Positions 10,569 to 21,293 of a stretch of 64,000 bases of DNA are shown here, piece after piece; position 1 is the first letter of the stretch; every line of letters starts with the position of its first letter. Source of the stretch: an uncultured SAR86 cluster bacterium. Lineage in GTDB: Bacteria > Pseudomonadota > Gammaproteobacteria > Magnimaribacterales > D2472. The stretch is taken from positions 14,696 to 78,695 of the forward strand of contig CABZRR010000001.1 of NCBI GenBank assembly GCA_902528215.1, written 5' to 3'. The notes beneath the pieces were generated by a model. That model was not told the DNA's origin. It did no database searches and was given only the letters and a program-made list of their open reading frames with translations. Position numbers and translations under genes: made by a program.

Positions 10569-11372
10569 ATGAGTACATACGTTATTGGTGATATACATGG
10601 TTGTTTTGATCAGTTTACAGAGTTGCTGAAAAGGATTAATTATAAAAAAGATAAAGATAAACTCATTTTATTAGGCGACTTGGTAAACAGAGGCCCAGAC
10701 TCTCTTTCAGTCATTAATTATTGTATGGCTGATTCGAGTATTGTCACGGTTTTGGGCAATCATGATTTATATTTGCTTTATCTATTGAGCATAGACAAGG
10801 CTAGAGGAAGCTTAAAAGAAGTTATTGAGGCTGACAGAAATAAACAAATTTTTAAATGGCTCCTAAAAATGCCTCTTATGTTAGAGATTGTTGATAAATT
10901 AACTGGAAATTCCTTTCTTATTGCACATGCCGGTATTCCTGAAATATGGTCACCTAAAAAAACTAAGGAGCTTGCCTCTGAAGTGACTTCATTGCTTCAA
11001 AAAAATCCTTTGAAGGTTCTGCAATCAATGTGGGGAGATAATCCCAATGAATGGAATGAAGAATTGGTTGATGATGAAAGATGCAGAATAATTATTAATT
11101 ATCTAACAAGAATGAGATTTGTAGATAAAAATTGCAAGTTAGATCTTAAAAATAATACTGTTAAAGCTTCTGCCGGTTTCAAACCATGGTTCAAATATAG
11201 CTCCAAAGTTCATGAAGAGAAGAAACAATATTATGTATTTGGTCATTGGGCAGCTTTGAATGGCCAAACAGATGATCCTCATTTCATTGGACTTGATACT
11301 GGTTGTGTCTGGAAAGGCAAACTTACCGCTCTAAGGTTAAATGACCTAGAAAAAATATCGGTGGACTTCTAA
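10569..11372 (+). CDS. apaH: Symmetrical diadenosine tetraphosphatase
   Basis: IGDIHGC, GDLVNRGPDS, LGNHD, FGHWAAL, LDTGCVW. Confidence 0.96.
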   Translation: MSTYVIGDIHGCFDQFTELLKRINYKKDKDKLILLGDLVNRGPDSLSVINYCMADSSIVTVLGNHDLYLLYLLSIDKARGSLKEVIEADRNKQIFKWLLKMPLMLEIVDKLTGNSFLIAHAGIPEIWSPKKTKELASEVTSLLQKNPLKVLQSMWGDNPNEWNEELVDDERCRIIINYLTRMRFVDKNCKLDLKNNTVKASAGFKPWFKYSSKVHEEKKQYYVFGHWAALNGQTDDPHFIGLDTGCVWKGKLTALRLNDLEKISVDF

Positions 11373-11373
11373 C

Positions 11374-12390
11374 ATGGAAATATTTCAAGTAGGTGGATCA
11401 GTTAGAGATGAATTAATGGGTGTTCAGCCAAAGGATAGAGATTGGGTTGTTATTAACTCTAGTCCAGATGAAATGGAAAAAAATGGATTTAAACCTATTG
11501 GAAAAGATTTCCCAGTATTTTTGCATCCAAATACAAATGAGGAATATGCTCTTGCAAGAACTGAAAAAAAATCTGGTGTTGGATACAAGGGCTTTGAGTT
11601 TTATTTTGATCCAAATGTGACTCTTGAACAGGATCTTAAGCGTAGAGACTTTACTATAAACTCAATTGCAAAAGATAAGAATGGTAATATTATTGATCCC
11701 TTCTGTGGGCAATTAGACATAGAAAAAAAGATTTTTAGACATACTTCCTCGGCTTTTATAGAAGATCCACTTAGGGTAATTAGATTTGCTAGGTTTAAAT
11801 CATACGATCAGCTTTGTGACTTTGAGCTATGCAGCGAAACCATTGATTATTTTAAGAAAGTTGTAAATGCTGGAGAACTAAAGGAGCTCTCACCTGAAAG
11901 AGTTTGGATAGAAACAAAAAAAGCGCTTGAAAACAAACATTCAGATAAGTTCTTTAATGCAATAATTAAATATCGATTAATTGATCCATGGTTTAAAAAA
12001 TTAAATCAGGTTTCATGTGATGGAAGATCACCTGAACTAAAATGGGCAGATATTCAAAGAATTAATGATTTTCAACTATCTGATTTACTCCCCATCCCAA
12101 ATTCATTCCAGAGGACTCAAGACCTTTTAAGGCAGGTATTAGATTTTTTTCAATGTAACAAAATACAAGAGAGGCTTGAGCTTATAGAAGCAATGAATAT
12201 TCATAGAAATATTGAAATCTTAATGGAAATTAAAAATTATAAGTGCTTGCAAAATAAAAAAAGTTATTTAGAAGAAATATTTAAGTCTGTATTGGAGATT
12301 GATTTTTCTTGTCTTGGTGACATTCCTACTTCAGAAGTTTCCCATAAAAAACAATTCCTTTATCATGAAACTTTGAAGGGAGTCTTATGA
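11374..12390 (+). CDS. cca: tRNA CCA-adding enzyme (short form)
   Basis: VGGSVRD, DRDWVV, GKDFPVFLHP, EYALARTE, DL.RRDFTIN, EDPLRVIR.ARF. Confidence 0.93.
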   Translation: MEIFQVGGSVRDELMGVQPKDRDWVVINSSPDEMEKNGFKPIGKDFPVFLHPNTNEEYALARTEKKSGVGYKGFEFYFDPNVTLEQDLKRRDFTINSIAKDKNGNIIDPFCGQLDIEKKIFRHTSSAFIEDPLRVIRFARFKSYDQLCDFELCSETIDYFKKVVNAGELKELSPERVWIETKKALENKHSDKFFNAIIKYRLIDPWFKKLNQVSCDGRSPELKWADIQRINDFQLSDLLPIPNSFQRTQDLLRQVLDFFQCNKIQERLELIEAMNIHRNIEILMEIKNYKCLQNKKSYLEEIFKSVLEIDFSCLGDIPTSEVSHKKQFLYHETLKGVL

Positions 12391-13112
12391 GTAAAACTAT
12401 TCTAATTACTGGTGCTGCAAAACGAGTTGGGAAAGAAATGGCCCTATCATTTTTTAAAAAAGGTTGGAATATTATTATTCATTACAATCGCTCAATCAAA
12501 GATGCACAATCTTTAGCTGATGAGATGAATGCAAAAAGAGAAAATAGCGCTTTTCTAATTCAAGGAAATCTTGATAACGCAGATGATGTTTTAAGACTCG
12601 CAGAAACATCACTTTCAATCGGTGGGAGTATTGATGGATTAATAAATAATGCGTCAACATTTTATCCAACCCCAATGGGATCTTTATCTCAAGAACACTG
12701 GGACGCTTTAATGGGAAGCAATTTGAAGGCTCCTCTTTTCTTGATCCAGTCCTTGTGTGACTCACTGAGAAAGAATAAGGGTTTTGTTATTAATATAACT
12801 GATATTAATGTTAACAGAGCCTTAATAAACCATTCGATTTATCTAGCTGCAAAATCAGGGCTTCAAACAATCACACAATCATTAGCTAAAGAGTTAGCTC
12901 CAGACATCAGAGTCAATGCAATTGCTCCAGGAGCTATTCTTGAGCCACCAGATGTAACTTGGACAAAAGAACAAAAAGATAGCATTATTAAATTAATACC
13001 AATGTCTAGGATGGGGAACGAAAAAGACATTGCAGATGCTGCAATATATTTATCTGAAGCTGAGTACGTAACTGGACAAATATTAAATGTAGATGGAGGT
13101 AAATCTCTTTAA
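12387..13112 (+). CDS. folM: Pteridine reductase (FolM/PTR1-like SDR)
   Basis: ITGAAKRVG, HYNRS, NNASTFYPTP, NLKAPLFL, Y.AAK; near folB/folK. Confidence 0.75.
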   Translation: MSKTILITGAAKRVGKEMALSFFKKGWNIIIHYNRSIKDAQSLADEMNAKRENSAFLIQGNLDNADDVLRLAETSLSIGGSIDGLINNASTFYPTPMGSLSQEHWDALMGSNLKAPLFLIQSLCDSLRKNKGFVINITDINVNRALINHSIYLAAKSGLQTITQSLAKELAPDIRVNAIAPGAILEPPDVTWTKEQKDSIIKLIPMSRMGNEKDIADAAIYLSEAEYVTGQILNVDGGKSL

Positions 13113-14185
13113 TGGGTGATATTAATTTAGAGAATGCTAACAATACTTTAATTTTTTCGGGCACTAAGGAAGTTGCTGAAAATCTTAAGTTTGATGAATT
13201 AAAGCTTCAAGAATGGTTTGGAGATAATGTTCCATCTGCAGGAAAGATAGAAAAAGTGGTTCAGTTTAAAGGTGGGCAATCAAATCCAACCTATAAGATA
13301 TCCTCAACAAATCAAGAGTTTGTTCTGCGCAGGAAACCTCCAGGAATTTTACTTCCATCTGCCCACGCAGTTGATAGAGAATATAAAGTTATAACAGCTC
13401 TTCAAAATACTGAGGTGCCTGTTCCTAAAACTTATGGTTTATGTGAAGACGCAGATATTATTGGAACTCCTTTTTTTGTAATGGATTTCCTAGATGGCAC
13501 TGTTTATTGGGATCTATTATTATCAGAAAAATCTCCACAAGAAAGAATGGAGATTTATGCAAGCAAAAACAAGGTTATTGCTGAATTGCATAATGTTGAT
13601 TATGAGAGTGTTGGGCTATCTAATTATGGCAAACCTGGAAATTACATCGCGAGACAGGTTTCAAGATGGACAAAGCAATATATAGCATCTGAAACTGAGA
13701 AGATCCCGGCTATGAATAATCTAATCGATTGGTTGCCACCAAATATTCCTGATGAAGATGAAACATCAATCGTTCATGGTGACTACAGGCTTGATAACAT
13801 GGTCTTTTGTTCTAATAATAATGTTATGGGTGTGCTTGATTGGGAGCTGTCAACACTTGGTCATCCTATTGCTGATTTTAATTATCATTGCATTAGTTGG
13901 AAAAACATACCTCAATTAGCTGATCAAAAGTTTTGTAATGAAAATGGTATACCCACTGAAGAGGAATACAGAAACATGTATTCAAGACATACCGGTAAAA
14001 AGCTAGATGAAAACTGGGAGTTCTATACTATATTTAATATTTTCAAGCTTGCAGGAATTCTTCAAGGCATTATGGGCAGGGTGAGAGATGGAACCGCAGC
14101 AAGCAAACATGCAGAGGATAGGGGTAATCAAGTTGCTCCATTAGCAAAAACTGCATGGGATTTAGTTGAAAAGCACTACAAATAA
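13112..14185 (+). CDS. Phosphotransferase family protein (ACAD10/11 kinase-like domain)
   Basis: GGQSNPTY, LRRKPPG.LLPSAHAVDREY, VHGDYRLDN, LDWELSTLG. Confidence 0.9.
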   Translation: MGDINLENANNTLIFSGTKEVAENLKFDELKLQEWFGDNVPSAGKIEKVVQFKGGQSNPTYKISSTNQEFVLRRKPPGILLPSAHAVDREYKVITALQNTEVPVPKTYGLCEDADIIGTPFFVMDFLDGTVYWDLLLSEKSPQERMEIYASKNKVIAELHNVDYESVGLSNYGKPGNYIARQVSRWTKQYIASETEKIPAMNNLIDWLPPNIPDEDETSIVHGDYRLDNMVFCSNNNVMGVLDWELSTLGHPIADFNYHCISWKNIPQLADQKFCNENGIPTEEEYRNMYSRHTGKKLDENWEFYTIFNIFKLAGILQGIMGRVRDGTAASKHAEDRGNQVAPLAKTAWDLVEKHYK

Positions 14186-14187
14186 AT

Positions 14188-14565
14188 CTATAACAGTTCC
14201 TTTAAAGGCTCAGAAACAAAACTATATTTAGCTATTTCATCGCTCTCATAGAGTATCTCCTCTTCATCATCTATTTGTAAAACTATATCTATATCAAGAG
14301 TTCTGGCAGAAAATTTGGGAGCCTCTCTATCACGGCCGGCTTTATCTTCAATAGACTTAAGCTTTTTATTAAGAGATTTAAAAGACAAAGAAGAATTTCC
14401 AGAAATTACGAGATTTAAGAAGTCTTCACCCTCAAAGCCCTCTGCTATTGTCTGATGCGTTGTAGAGCAATTCATTTCATCGAGTAGTGCACCAAGTGCG
14501 CTTATAGCTAAATCTAAATTTTTTCTAGGTTCAATATTGCTTCCAAGGGAAAGATAGTACTTCAT
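14188..14565 (-). CDS. folK: 6-hydroxymethyl-7,8-dihydropterin pyrophosphokinase (short form)
   Basis: YLSLGSNI, FLNLV, IE..AGR, RTLDIDI. Confidence 0.88.
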   Translation of the reverse strand: MKYYLSLGSNIEPRKNLDLAISALGALLDEMNCSTTHQTIAEGFEGEDFLNLVISGNSSLSFKSLNKKLKSIEDKAGRDREAPKFSARTLDIDIVLQIDDEEEILYESDEIAKYSFVSEPLKELL

Positions 14566-14912
14566 TATCTATAAATTATGACTCCAACGTCTTCTGCATA
14601 TCGTAACGCGCCCGGTTTTGAGACCCTCAGCTTGATAAATGAACTTTTGTATTCATTCTTCACTAATTTAGCAATTCCCTCTGCTAGAGATTCTTGAAGC
14701 TGAAATGAAGATCCCTCAACAAACTTGATAATATTTTTTGTTATCTTTTTATAATCAATGGTATCTTCTATTGAATCAGTTTTTGCAGCTTTTTTGCAAT
14801 CAAAAGAAATTTCTAAATCAATGCTTACTTCTTGTCTTACCTCCCTCTCCCATCCAAAGATTCCTATAATCGTTTGAACTCTTAAATCTTTTATATAGAT
14901 AATATCTTTCAT
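14565..14912 (-). CDS. folB: Dihydroneopterin aldolase
   Basis: IIGIFGWER..RQ, DTIDY, E.LAE.IA, SKPGA. Confidence 0.93.
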   Translation of the reverse strand: MKDIIYIKDLRVQTIIGIFGWEREVRQEVSIDLEISFDCKKAAKTDSIEDTIDYKKITKNIIKFVEGSSFQLQESLAEGIAKLVKNEYKSSFIKLRVSKPGALRYAEDVGVIIYR

Positions 14913-14913
14913 T

Positions 14914-15912
14914 TTATTTTGTTTCTAATGGCCAACGCGGCCTAGCATAGGAGTTTAGTTTATAAGTTGCTACCTTAGCTTTAAGACTGCCTAAGTATGC
15001 AATCATTGCGGCATTATCTGTGCAATGTGCAATTGGTGGATATAAAACCTTAATTTTTAATGATTCTTGCAGGTTGGTCATCTTTTCTCTTAGAAGTTTA
15101 TTTGCTGCAACACCTCCTGCTAATATAATTCCCTCTCTTCCAGTGTCTGCAAGCGCTTTAGATATCTTTTTTGTTAATACTTCAGTTGCTGCATGCTGAA
15201 ATGATGCACATATATCTGCCTTTATTTGATCAGTCATTTTATCTAAATCTTGAACAGCATATAGCACTGCAGTTTTCAAACCACTAAAACTAAAATCATA
15301 ATCGTTACTATTTAACATTGGCTGGGGAAAAGTAAATTTCTTTGGATCTCCTTTATGTGACATCTTCTCTATTTCTGGTCCACCTGGATAACCTAAGCCA
15401 AGAAGCTTAGCAACTTTATCAAATGCCTCACCAACTGCATCATCTCTGGATTGGCCAAGGATTTTGTAATCATCTAGATTCCTTACATCAACAATTAATG
15501 AATGCCCTCCAGAGACTAGAAGTGTTAAAAAAGGAAAATCTAATTTATCGCCGCCTAAAAATGGTGCAACTAAATGGCCTTCTAGATGGTTAACAGGTAT
15601 TAATGGTTTTTTTAAAGAAAGGGCAAGGCCCTGAGCAAAATTTTCTCCAATAAGCAAGGTGCCCAGTAAGCCTGGTCCTGCTGTGTAAGCAATTTGATCA
15701 ATTGAGCTAAGAGAAATATCTCCTAAAGCTTGTCTGAAAATATAAATTATTTTTTGACAATGGTCTCGGGAAGCGAGCTCAGGAATAACTCCGCCATATT
15801 CAGCATGAATATCTATTTGAGAAAAAACTGCTTCTCCAAGTAAGCCTTTGTCGGAATCAAACAAAGCAATTGCAGTCTCATCACATGACGTTTCAATACC
15901 TAATGTAATCAT
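14914..15912 (-). CDS. tsaD: tRNA t6A synthesis protein TsaD
   Basis: LGIETSCDETA, GGVIPELASRDH, HLEGH, VSGGH, TDNAAMIA; start set at ATG 15912. Confidence 0.97.
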   Translation of the reverse strand: MITLGIETSCDETAIALFDSDKGLLGEAVFSQIDIHAEYGGVIPELASRDHCQKIIYIFRQALGDISLSSIDQIAYTAGPGLLGTLLIGENFAQGLALSLKKPLIPVNHLEGHLVAPFLGGDKLDFPFLTLLVSGGHSLIVDVRNLDDYKILGQSRDDAVGEAFDKVAKLLGLGYPGGPEIEKMSHKGDPKKFTFPQPMLNSNDYDFSFSGLKTAVLYAVQDLDKMTDQIKADICASFQHAATEVLTKKISKALADTGREGIILAGGVAANKLLREKMTNLQESLKIKVLYPPIAHCTDNAAMIAYLGSLKAKVATYKLNSYARPRWPLETK

Positions 15913-15962
15913 AAAAAGTTTTTTGCATTCCCTCAATAAAAAGAATAAACTACAACGCAATT

Positions 15963-16181
15963 ATGCCTTCTATAATAATAAAAGATACAGAATACTTCGA
16001 CGTTGGTCTTAGAAAATTTAAGCGTGCTTGTGAAAAAGCTGCAATTGTTCCTGAAATTCGTGCCAGAGAGTTTTATGAAAAGCCTACAGCTGTAAGAAAG
16101 CGAAAAATGGCTGCTGCAATTAAGCGTGCTCATAAGACTAATAGAAAATTTAGTTTCTCTAGGCAAAGATCATATCGCTGA
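15963..16181 (+). CDS. rpsU: 30S ribosomal protein S21
   Basis: [23 protein letters not shown]; divergent from tsaD. Confidence 0.97.
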   Translation: MPSIIIKDTEYFDVGLRKFKRACEKAAIVPEIRAREFYEKPTAVRKRKMAAAIKRAHKTNRKFSFSRQRSYR

Positions 16182-16182
16182 T

Positions 16183-16626
16183 TTGTCCCTTCTAGATACA
16201 ATCAATCAAGATTTAAAAGCTGCAATGCTTAGCAAAGACGTAACAGTGCGCGACACCTTGCGAATGTTGATTGCAGATATTAAAAGATTTGAGATCGATG
16301 AGAGAGTTGAGGCTGATGATACAAAAGTATCTGATTTGATAAATAAAAATGTTAAGCAACGAAGGGATTCTATAGCTCAATTTAAGAGTGGTGGAAGAGA
16401 AGATTTAGTTGCCACTGAAGAGGAGCAGCTCAACGTAATTTTAAAATATTTACCTGAGCAGTTATCAGAAGAAGAAATACAAAAACTAGTTCAAGAAGGA
16501 ATTGCTTCTGTTTCAGCTGAAAGCATTAAGGATATGGGCAAGCTTATGGGTCACCTAAAACCAATTTTTGAAGGAAAAGCTGACATGTCAATTGTTAGCA
16601 AGCTTGTAAAAGAACTATTGAGTTAA
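16183..16626 (+). CDS. yqeY: GatB/YqeY domain protein
   Basis: DLKAAM, KQRRDSI.QF..GGREDL, YLPEQLS, KDMGKLMG; likely TTG start at 16183 directly after rpsU. Confidence 0.9.
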   Translation: MSLLDTINQDLKAAMLSKDVTVRDTLRMLIADIKRFEIDERVEADDTKVSDLINKNVKQRRDSIAQFKSGGREDLVATEEEQLNVILKYLPEQLSEEEIQKLVQEGIASVSAESIKDMGKLMGHLKPIFEGKADMSIVSKLVKELLS

Positions 16627-16633
16627 ACGCCAA

Positions 16634-17878
16634 CTAATGCTTGTAGGAGGAGGGCTTGTCCTCAGTGTTGGTATACCTTTCAGTTAATTTAGATGATCGT
16701 GAGGCCAGATCATGCAATTTTCCCTCAATCATTACGATTTTAGGAAATGATGATGGCTCTAATGGATCTCCGTCCCAGACAATAATGTCTGCAAATTTAC
16801 CAGATTCGATTGATCCTCTATTATTGAGTTGGAAGGTTCTTGCTACTGTATTTGTCATACCTTCTATCGCAGTTTCATAAGACATTCCATAAGCAACGGC
16901 ATTTCCTGATCCCTGTCTCATAAGGTGATAGTTATGACTTCTTTGAGTACTGAACATAATTGGAATGCCGGCCTCATCAAGAATCTTACCAAGATTTAAG
17001 TTTGAACCCAGCTCATCAAATGAATTGGGTATATTATCCATTGGATCTATTATCACAGGAGTATTACTATTTTTGAGCTGATCCAAAACCATCGGAGCTT
17101 CCTCGACACTCGCTAGGACAAGATTCAAGGAATACTTTTCTTTCATGGATATTGCCTGCAAGATATCTACTGCTCTATTTGTCTCCAGAACAAATGGCAT
17201 GTAATCATTCACAACTTTTCCTAAAGCAATAATGTCTTCAGTCTGCAATTCAAGTTTTTCAGCTAAAGTCATTTCCAATATTTCATCAACGGTTAAATTT
17301 TTTAACATGCTGCCTGCCTCCAGCAATGATTCAAGAATTGCAAGAGTTTCTGCTCTTGATCCATCGGAGGGCCCTAATCTTCCATACATGGCAATATCTT
17401 TTAAACCTTTTACCTCAAGACTCCCATCAAGAACAAAATAAGAGCCTAAACCAAAAATTGGAAAAGATGACGGGCTTGGAGTGCTAATTGCACTTGTCAC
17501 TCCATTGCTTCTATTCCAGGGTATGCCTGTAGAATTTGGATTGAACGCATTAAAAATACTAAATCCCGCATTTAAAATATTTGATTCATCATCACGAGTT
17601 ACATCAAGAGAATTAATTTCAACTATCCCTAAATTACTCATCGGGGAAATCAATCCAGGTGTTACATGCAGTCCATTAACTTCAATAACCCTTGTATTTC
17701 CATCAATAATTAAGTTTTTACCTACACCAACAATTCTATTATCAGCAATTAAAATATCTTTAGTTTTTGCAACCTCTCCGTTACCTTGATGAACCAAACC
17801 GCCTTTGAGTAGAATTGTTTCTGATAGAACATTTGCTGCAAACAGAATTAAAAATATATTAATTGTGAATCTTTTCAT
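16634..17878 (-). CDS. Secreted amidohydrolase-family protein with degenerate metal site
   Basis: Signal peptide; VTPGLI followed by SPMS instead of DxHxH; GSIESGKFADIIVWDGDPL. Confidence 0.8.
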   Translation of the reverse strand: MKRFTINIFLILFAANVLSETILLKGGLVHQGNGEVAKTKDILIADNRIVGVGKNLIIDGNTRVIEVNGLHVTPGLISPMSNLGIVEINSLDVTRDDESNILNAGFSIFNAFNPNSTGIPWNRSNGVTSAISTPSPSSFPIFGLGSYFVLDGSLEVKGLKDIAMYGRLGPSDGSRAETLAILESLLEAGSMLKNLTVDEILEMTLAEKLELQTEDIIALGKVVNDYMPFVLETNRAVDILQAISMKEKYSLNLVLASVEEAPMVLDQLKNSNTPVIIDPMDNIPNSFDELGSNLNLGKILDEAGIPIMFSTQRSHNYHLMRQGSGNAVAYGMSYETAIEGMTNTVARTFQLNNRGSIESGKFADIIVWDGDPLEPSSFPKIVMIEGKLHDLASRSSKLTERYTNTEDKPSSYKH

Positions 17879-17879
17879 G

Positions 17880-19283
17880 TTATTGGACCCTGTTTTCCTC
17901 TGGCTGGATAATTCCTAAATCAAAGTCAGTAATTGGTTGAATTTTGGGATCATTGATATCGAATGCCAAAGCACCATCTATCAAAACTTTTTCTGCTCTA
18001 GAGTAAACACTAAAAGGGTTACCTGACCAAAGAACTATGTCAGCATCTTTTCCAACCTCTATACTTCCAGTTTGATCAAGTATCCCTGCAGCTTTTGCAG
18101 GATTGCTCGTAATCCAGCGCATTGCATGAGCTTTCGATATATTGAAGCCTGCCCTATTACCTGCAGCCATAGCCTTGGCCGCTTCTTCATTGAGATGCTG
18201 AATTCCAACCGGATCATCAGAGTGCACAATGGCGCATCCAGTTCCATTGCGAGCTTGATCTACAATCGCAACGTTCGCTTGAACCATATCATATGCCTCA
18301 TGCTTAAAGCCCCACCAATCTGCCCATAATGCTGCACAAATTCCCTCATCAGCTAATAAATCTGCAATTTTATAAGCTTCAACTGCATGATGAAAAGCAG
18401 TAATTTTATAATCAAATTCTTTTGATAGTTCAATCATCATTGCCATCTCATCAGCACGATAACAATGATTCTGTACCAGAATTTCACCATTTAAGACACC
18501 CATCAAAGTATCTAAAGCTAGGTCTCTTTTTGGATGACGATCTTCATTAGTTTCACTCATGCCGTCAGCGTATTCAACTGCATCTATCCATGCACTTCTA
18601 TAACCTGCCATATTACCCATTCTTGTTGCAGGAGATTGCCTACGGCTACCATAAACTCTTTTTGGATTTTCGCCACAAGCCATCTTTAACGAATGCGGAG
18701 CTCCAGGAAATTTCATCGCCTGAATGGTATTTTGAGAAATATTTTTAAAAGTTGCACCTCTGCCTCCAAATAAATTTGCAGATCCAGGCAAAACATGAAA
18801 AGTAGTAACTCCTCCTTTAAGTGCTAAGGCAAATTGAGGATCCTGAGTCCATAGTGAATGCTCAGCCCAAACCTCAGCCGTCACAGGAGAAGTTGCTTCA
18901 TTTCCATCAGAACTAGTGGATACTCCTGGTGCAGAATAAACTCCCATATGCGAGTGAATATCAATAATTCCTGGAGTAATCCACTTATTGACTGCATCAA
19001 CAACCATGACTCCCGGAGCAGAGATAGATTTACCAATCTCCTTAATAGATCCATCTGAAAGTAGTAAATCATAATTTAAGAATTCATTGCCAAGACCATC
19101 ATATATGTTAGCTGACCTAAAAAGAATTGGTTGAGAGTTCATTGGCACATATGTTGACTCGAATGCGTTATCAATTCCTTGATCTGTAGAATCTGATGAT
19201 CTAAATGAAACATCGATATCAAAACTTTCGGAACACCCAACTAAGGTAATAAGCAAAAAAGATAAAAATAATTTATATGTCAT
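17880..19283 (-). CDS. Amidohydrolase-family lipoprotein
   Basis: Start moved to ATG 19283 (lipobox LVGC); PGIIDIHSH, LKMACGENPK, HCYRADE, HHAVE, HSDD. Confidence 0.88.
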   Translation of the reverse strand: MTYKLFLSFLLITLVGCSESFDIDVSFRSSDSTDQGIDNAFESTYVPMNSQPILFRSANIYDGLGNEFLNYDLLLSDGSIKEIGKSISAPGVMVVDAVNKWITPGIIDIHSHMGVYSAPGVSTSSDGNEATSPVTAEVWAEHSLWTQDPQFALALKGGVTTFHVLPGSANLFGGRGATFKNISQNTIQAMKFPGAPHSLKMACGENPKRVYGSRRQSPATRMGNMAGYRSAWIDAVEYADGMSETNEDRHPKRDLALDTLMGVLNGEILVQNHCYRADEMAMMIELSKEFDYKITAFHHAVEAYKIADLLADEGICAALWADWWGFKHEAYDMVQANVAIVDQARNGTGCAIVHSDDPVGIQHLNEEAAKAMAAGNRAGFNISKAHAMRWITSNPAKAAGILDQTGSIEVGKDADIVLWSGNPFSVYSRAEKVLIDGALAFDINDPKIQPITDFDLGIIQPEENRVQ

Positions 19284-19342
19284 TGTAGATTTTCCTTTTG
19301 ATAAAAAGATTATAGGACCATTTATAGAGATATAATATTTAA

Positions 19343-20047
19343 ATGACAAGAAAAAATAATAGGTCAAACGTTGAAATGAGACCTCTAGAAATTCAGGTTG
19401 GAGTAAATAAACATGCTGAAGGATCTGCCCTAATAAAATTTGGAGATACACATGTTATTTGTACTGCAACTATTGAGAACCATATACCCAGATGGATGCG
19501 AGGATCAAATGAGGGCTGGATCACTGCAGAATATGGCATGCTCCCACGCTCAACTCATGAGCGAATGAATCGAGAGGCTTCTCGAGGAAAACAAAGTGGC
19601 AGAACGATGGAAATTCAAAGATTGATAGGCAGATCATTAAGGCAAGCTGTTGATTTAAAATATTTAAAAGAGAAAACAATTAATATAGATTGCGATGTAA
19701 TACAGGCAGACGGTGGAACAAGAACTGCATCTATATCGGGTGCTTGCGTTGCATTATTTGCCGCTATCAAAAGCTCGCATGATGATCAAAGGGCTATCAA
19801 AGAACATGTTGCAGCAGTTTCTATTGGATTAAAAGACGGCTCTCCTCTTTTGGATTTAGATTATGATGAGGATAGCTCTGCAGAGACAGATTTAAATGTG
19901 GTTATGACCGAAAGTGGTGGCATCATAGAAATCCAAGGCACGGCCGAAAAATATCCTTTTACCAAGGAACAACTTGACGAAATGATTGAATCCGCCTCAG
20001 ATGGCATATCAAATATAATAGCTCTCCAAAAATCATGTCTAGCTTAA
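19343..20047 (+). other. rph: Ribonuclease PH
   Basis: [48 protein letters not shown]. Confidence 0.97.
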
Positions 20048-20682
20048 AAGAGCATCAGAAAATATTTATTGAATTAGCTCTTCAATCAAATGCATTGGAG
20101 TTTGGAAAATTCAAACTAAAATCTGGAAGAGTCAGTCCATATTTTTTCAATGCAGCAAAAATGCTTAATGGCTGCAATCTTTATGAACTTGCTAAATGTT
20201 ATATAGAAGCAATAAAAGATATTAATCTTGAATTTGACTGCCTTTATGGTCCTGCGTATAAAGGAATCTTTCTGGGGTCAATTGTTGCAACAGTTTTGAG
20301 TCAGGAAAGAACCCCATGCTGCCTTTCCTTCAATCGAAAAGAAATCAAAGATCATGGAGAGGGTGGAAACATTATTGGGCCTGACCCAACTGGAAACGTA
20401 TTGATTATTGATGATGTCTTGTCTGCTGGAACTGCTGCAAGAGAGTCCATAAAAATTTTAGACAATTTTAATGCAACACCTCTGGTTTTTCTTGTTGGTC
20501 TAGATAGACAAGAAAAAGGAGAAAGCGATCTGTCTGCAAAATCAGAGCTTGAGAAAGATTTTGGTATTCAGGTCTCATCCATAATAAATTTAGATGCACT
20601 AATAGAGTACTCTCAAAATAATCAAAACTTTAATAATTACATATTAGAACTTGAAGAATATAGAAAAAGCTGGGGTGCATAA
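20035..20682 (+). CDS. pyrE: Orotate phosphoribosyltransferase
   Basis: [43 protein letters not shown]. Confidence 0.97.
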   Translation: MSSLKEHQKIFIELALQSNALEFGKFKLKSGRVSPYFFNAAKMLNGCNLYELAKCYIEAIKDINLEFDCLYGPAYKGIFLGSIVATVLSQERTPCCLSFNRKEIKDHGEGGNIIGPDPTGNVLIIDDVLSAGTAARESIKILDNFNATPLVFLVGLDRQEKGESDLSAKSELEKDFGIQVSSIINLDALIEYSQNNQNFNNYILELEEYRKSWGA

Positions 20683-21293
20683 TGTTTACTGGAATTGTTA
20701 ACGGTAAGGGAAATCTTAAAAAAATAATCAAATGTGAGGATTACATCTCCTTGATTATTCAGGCACCAAAAAGCTTTGCTAAAAATTTATCTAGAGGGGC
20801 AAGCGTATCTGTTAATGGAGTCTGTCTAACAGTCAAAAAAGGTGGAACAGATCTTTTAGAGTTTGACGTCATTGAAGAGACTCTAAAGAAAACAAATTTA
20901 AAGAATATAAGTAGATCATCAAAAGTTAATTTAGAACGCTCTATGACTGCTAATACTGAAATAGGTGGGCATCTTGTCTCTGGTCACATCCATGGAACAG
21001 GGGAAGTCTTAAAAGTAATTAACAGAAAAAAAACAAAAGACTTGCTGATAAAAATTCCTACAGAATTAAGGGAATATTTTTTTTACAAGGGTTACGTAGC
21101 TTTAAATGGGTGTAGTTTGACCATAGGAAAAGTACTTAAGTCTTCATTTTATATCCATCTCATCCCTGAAACTGTCTCAGTAACTAATTTTAAAGAGATT
21201 AAAAAAGGAGACCTTGTAAATATTGAAGTTGAACAAACAACAATAAATACTGTTGAGACTGTAAAAAGAGTTATGCTTGAGAGAAAAGCTTAG
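20682..21293 (+). CDS. ribC: Riboflavin synthase alpha chain
   Basis: MFTGIV, SVSVNGVCLTV, VNLERS, GGHLVSGH, NGCSLT. Confidence 0.96.
   Translation: MFTGIVNGKGNLKKIIKCEDYISLIIQAPKSFAKNLSRGASVSVNGVCLTVKKGGTDLLEFDVIEETLKKTNLKNISRSSKVNLERSMTANTEIGGHLVSGHIHGTGEVLKVINRKKTKDLLIKIPTELREYFFYKGYVALNGCSLTIGKVLKSSFYIHLIPETVSVTNFKEIKKGDLVNIEVEQTTINTVETVKRVMLERKA

Noticed and set aside
19284-19451. Long N-terminal extension of the amidohydrolase overlapping rph
   Set aside because: Lipoprotein signal begins at ATG 19283. Similar over-extensions were trimmed for DUF192, tsaD, yqeY, the rhodanese and ybjQ.
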